From an uncultured Candidatus Saccharibacteria bacterium (GTDB lineage Bacteria; Patescibacteriota; Minisyncoccia; Phycocordibacterales; JACOZG01): a stretch of 64,000 nt of DNA. The stretch spans positions 48,338-112,337 of the forward strand of contig CAZYXJ010000002.1 of NCBI GenBank assembly GCA_964651115.1, written 5' to 3'. Positions 61,264 to 64,000 of the stretch are shown piece by piece. The position numbers and the translations under genes are program-made. The notes beneath the pieces were generated by a model that made no database searches, was not told where the DNA came from, and saw only the letters and a list, made by a program, of their open reading frames with translations. Every line of letters begins with the position of its first letter. The stretch's first letter is position 1.

Positions 61264-62136
61264 TCAATATAAACGAATTTCCCCGCCAACTTCTTTGATT
61301 AATCCTTTAAGCTCTAGCAGTCCGAGTAGAGAATTAGCTTCGCTCGTTGAGAGGGCCAGCGCGCGGATTAACTCATCGCGCGGGAGAGCTTCGAGGGCTA
61401 GGCAGTCGACTACGCGACGTTCGCTGGGCGAGAGTTGAGAAAATTCGAAGGAGCGTTGATGTTCGTTGGCTTCGTCGGAACTTAGGCCGAAAACTTCTAA
61501 AATATCGTGGGACGAAGTGATGGGTGTGGCGCCTTGGCGGATCAGGCGATTGGTGCCGACGGACCCACCATTGAAGATTGAGCCAGGCACGGCCAGGACC
61601 TCGCGATTGTAATCTAGGGCCAGTCGGGCCGTGATTAGGGTGCCAGACTTTTCGCCGGCCTCAATAATTAATACCGCTTCGGCGACGCCCGCCATGAGTC
61701 GGTTGCGTTTGGGGAAGGTGTGGAGACCGGCGGGATAAGTGAGCGGAAATTCGGAGACCAGAGCGCCGCCGGCGGCGACAATTTCTTCCGCCAGGCGGCG
61801 ATTCGACGGCGGATGCAAAACACTTGGGTCCAGACCAGAGCCAGGGAAGGCGATCGTGGGTAAGCGGGCAGTTAAGGCGGATTGATGGGCGACAGTGTCG
61901 ACGCCGAGCGCCAGGCCAGAGATGATGGCGATGGGTTGGCCGGTTAACCCGCTGATTAGTGACTCGCAGACTTCTCGACCGTAATGAGAGAGGCGTCGCG
62001 ATCCTACGACGGTGAGGAGGTGGAAGGTGGGTTCGGGCCATTGGCCGGCCAGCCACAGCGTGGCTGGCGGCTCGGGGATCTCGGCTAAGGCCGGGGGCAA
62101 ATCAGCCAGGGCGATTAGTTGGGGCGAGCTCATCAC
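61264..62136 (-). CDS. dprA: DNA processing protein DprA (Smf)
   Basis: A Rossmann-like core (VVGSRRLSHYGREV...ISGLALGVDTVAHQSAL) is followed by a C-terminal winged helix. Confidence 0.8.
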   Translation of the reverse strand: MMSSPQLIALADLPPALAEIPEPPATLWLAGQWPEPTFHLLTVVGSRRLSHYGREVCESLISGLTGQPIAIISGLALGVDTVAHQSALTARLPTIAFPGSGLDPSVLHPPSNRRLAEEIVAAGGALVSEFPLTYPAGLHTFPKRNRLMAGVAEAVLIIEAGEKSGTLITARLALDYNREVLAVPGSIFNGGSVGTNRLIRQGATPITSSHDILEVFGLSSDEANEHQRSFEFSQLSPSERRVVDCLALEALPRDELIRALALSTSEANSLLGLLELKGLIKEVGGEIRLY

Positions 62137-62195
62137 TAATTATTGTAGCACAGCCCGGTTCTCTTTTTTGAGGTTTTTTGTTATTGTAGAGAGCA

Positions 62196-63464
62196 ATGCT
62201 CGATATTAAATTTATTCGGGAAAATCCCGAACTCATCCAAGTGGCAGCAGCCAAGAAGCGCTCTGATTTTAAGGTTGAAGAATTAATCGAAGTAGACACT
62301 AAGCGCTTGGGGCTATTGGCGGCCGTCGAAGCTTTGCGACGCCAGCAGAATGAGGCTAGCCAAAAAATCGCGACGATTACCGATCACGATGTGCGCAATC
62401 AATTAATTGTGTCGATGAAGGCGGTTAAGGATAAGTTGAGCGCGGAGGAGGCGGCGTTGGCGGAAGTGATGAAGTCTTGGCAGCGTTTGATGTTGGCCGT
62501 GCCGAACTTGCCGGATATTTCGGTTCCCGATGGAGCTAGTGACGCCGACAATCAGGAGATTCGCACTTGGGGCGAGAAAACGACTTTTGCGTTCCCGCCC
62601 CGCGATCACGTTGATCTCCTAACCTCTTTGGACCTGGCGGATTTTGAACGCGGCGCTAAGGTGTCGGGCTTCCGCGGCTACTTTCTTAAAAATGAAGGCG
62701 CACGGTTGGAGTGGGGTTTGTTCCAATACGCCTGGCAATTTTTCCAGTCTCGTGGTGGATTTATTCCGCTCTCCGCTCCCTCGCTGGTTAATCGCGAAGC
62801 TTTTTTGGGTACGGGCTATTTGCCGTCCGGCGAAGATGATTTGTACAAGACGCAGGACGATCAATTTTTGGCTGGCACGGCGGAGGTGGCGACCATGGCT
62901 TATTATGCTGACGAAGTTTTGTCGGCCGAATCTTTGCCCCAAAAGTTTTTAGCTTTTTCTCCTTGCTTCCGACGGGAGGCCGGCAGTCATGGTAAAGACA
63001 CCAAGGGACTTTTTCGAGTCCATGAATTTTTTAAGCTTGAGCAAGTGGTGTTGTGTGAGGCGTCTCACGAGACCAGTGTCCGTTTGCACGAAGAGTTAAC
63101 GGCTAATTCGGAGGCCTTTTTACAATCGCTTAATTTGCCTTATCGGGTGGTGGTAAATTGCGGCGCGGACTTAGGCCAAGGTCAGGTTAAGAAATATGAT
63201 TTAGAGGCGTGGATGCCCAGTGAGAATACTTATCGCGAAACTCACTCGTCGTCTTACTTTCATGATTTCCAAACTCGACGGCTTAATATTCGTTATCGCG
63301 ACGCGGAGGGCAAACTACGCTTCGTCCACTCCCTAAACAATACGGCGGTGGCGGCCCCGCGCATTTTGGCCCACTTGGTGGAAAATAATCAGCAAGCCGA
63401 TGGTAGCGTTAAGGTTCCAGAGGTCCTGATTCCCTTTGTGGGAACTGATATACTGAAGCGGTAA
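62196..63464 (+). CDS. serS: Seryl-tRNA synthetase
   Basis: An N-terminal coiled-coil (MLDIKFIRENPELI...) is followed by class II motifs (FRREAGSHGKDTKGLFRVHEF, GDL...E). Confidence 0.9.
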   Translation: MLDIKFIRENPELIQVAAAKKRSDFKVEELIEVDTKRLGLLAAVEALRRQQNEASQKIATITDHDVRNQLIVSMKAVKDKLSAEEAALAEVMKSWQRLMLAVPNLPDISVPDGASDADNQEIRTWGEKTTFAFPPRDHVDLLTSLDLADFERGAKVSGFRGYFLKNEGARLEWGLFQYAWQFFQSRGGFIPLSAPSLVNREAFLGTGYLPSGEDDLYKTQDDQFLAGTAEVATMAYYADEVLSAESLPQKFLAFSPCFRREAGSHGKDTKGLFRVHEFFKLEQVVLCEASHETSVRLHEELTANSEAFLQSLNLPYRVVVNCGADLGQGQVKKYDLEAWMPSENTYRETHSSSYFHDFQTRRLNIRYRDAEGKLRFVHSLNNTAVAAPRILAHLVENNQQADGSVKVPEVLIPFVGTDILKR

Positions 63465-64000
63465 TGGAGCGCGCGACGGATATTTTGAAACGTTCTCGGC
63501 AGCGTCAGGCCGCGAAGCAAATTCGTCGGGGTATTGTGGTGGTGATTACGCTGGGGGTGGTAGCTGGTTTTTCGGCCCTGGTGGCGCACTATCATTCGTT
63601 CCTCTTAACGGAGGTGGTGGTGAGTGGCAATCAGACGCTTTCGGCCGCCCCCGATTCGGCGGCGGCGGCCCACATTATTTTTCAGAAGTATTATTACTTG
63701 TGGCCCAAACGTAGTCGCTGGCTTTACCCGCGCGAAAGTTTGGCCGCCGCTTTAGCCAACGCTTTTCCTCGACTATCCGCGGTGGAGGTGGCCGCTGATC
63801 AGCAAAAATTACTGCTCCAGGTGACCGAACGGGAAGGCGTCGCCCTGTGGTGTCGCGGTGGCGAGTGTTATTTTGTTGATGATGTTGGTTATATTTTTGT
63901 GCGCGCGCCGCACTTTACGGGTAATCCTTATTTGATTATTTCTTCGCCGTTGGCCGGTGAGCCGATTGGTCAGCGACCATTGCCGGTGGGAGATTTTAAA
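63464..64000 (+). CDS. FtsQ/DivIB-like cell division protein (partial, runs off the window end)
   Basis: The ATG overlaps the serS stop (TAATGG). A basic N-terminus and TM helix (IVVVITLGVVAGFSALVA) are followed by a POTRA-like region. The frame is open to the window edge. Confidence 0.4.
   Translation, partial: MERATDILKRSRQRQAAKQIRRGIVVVITLGVVAGFSALVAHYHSFLLTEVVVSGNQTLSAAPDSAAAAHIIFQKYYYLWPKRSRWLYPRESLAAALANAFPRLSAVEVAADQQKLLLQVTEREGVALWCRGGECYFVDDVGYIFVRAPHFTGNPYLIISSPLAGEPIGQRPLPVGDFK

Noticed and set aside
1-64000. I looked for CRISPR arrays or other regularly spaced direct repeats across the window.
   Set aside because: No array of short repeats with uniform spacers was seen. The only repeated elements are the paired hairpins at 51.8/52.5 kb and 60.8/61.2 kb and the partial tRNA duplications.

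Overview
This 64 kb window looks like a compact, high-GC (~57%) genome of a reduced bacterium. A short IF-2 (504 aa), a short ValRS (719 aa), a small RNase P RNA and many small membrane proteins suggest a Patescibacteria/CPR-like organism; that placement is an inference. The backbone is dense with housekeeping genes: class II ribonucleotide reductase, murJ, lepA, valS, tsaD, murA, trxB, ftsZ-ftsA, ybeY, rpsU, hisS, lepB, pth, rpsA, gyrA, infB-rbfA, sodA, clpB, rpmG, miaA, parB, topA, dprA, serS and a partial ftsQ-like gene. I read 14 tRNAs and an RNase P RNA by eye. No CRISPR array was found.

Four regions stand out against this backbone:
1. An island of ~4.3 kb lies immediately 3' of tRNA-Trp (48.87-53.13 kb) and has foreign codon usage. 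It carries a co-directional cassette: a LexA-like S24 repressor, a DUF2188 protein, a small 2-TM protein, a ThsB-like TIR domain protein (DUF1863 type) and a Cys-rich 234-aa unknown. Two divergent paralogous unknown genes follow, each ending in a copy of the same ~45-nt hairpin. This is my best candidate for an undescribed TIR-based, possibly SOS-controlled, defence system.
2. A tandem array of five paralogous small secreted 2-TM proteins (34.37-36.26 kb) resembles TrbC/VirB2-type T4SS pilins. Envelope genes flank it (a solute-binding-like protein, a membrane protein, an SPFH protein, a Pro-rich secreted protein), but no secretion ATPase is in the window.
3. A low-GC DUF559 endonuclease gene (60.87-61.24 kb) is bracketed by two ~25-nt palindromic hairpins that differ by compensatory substitutions.
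4. A low-GC islet next to tRNA-Glu (17.67-18.76 kb) encodes peptidase E and an Excalibur-domain protein. Upstream of it is a pseudo-tRNA-Glu fragment split by a perfect 18-nt palindrome, plus a tandem-hairpin element.

All calls come from reading the sequence and the translations. No database searches were run, and none of the family assignments has been checked against an HMM.
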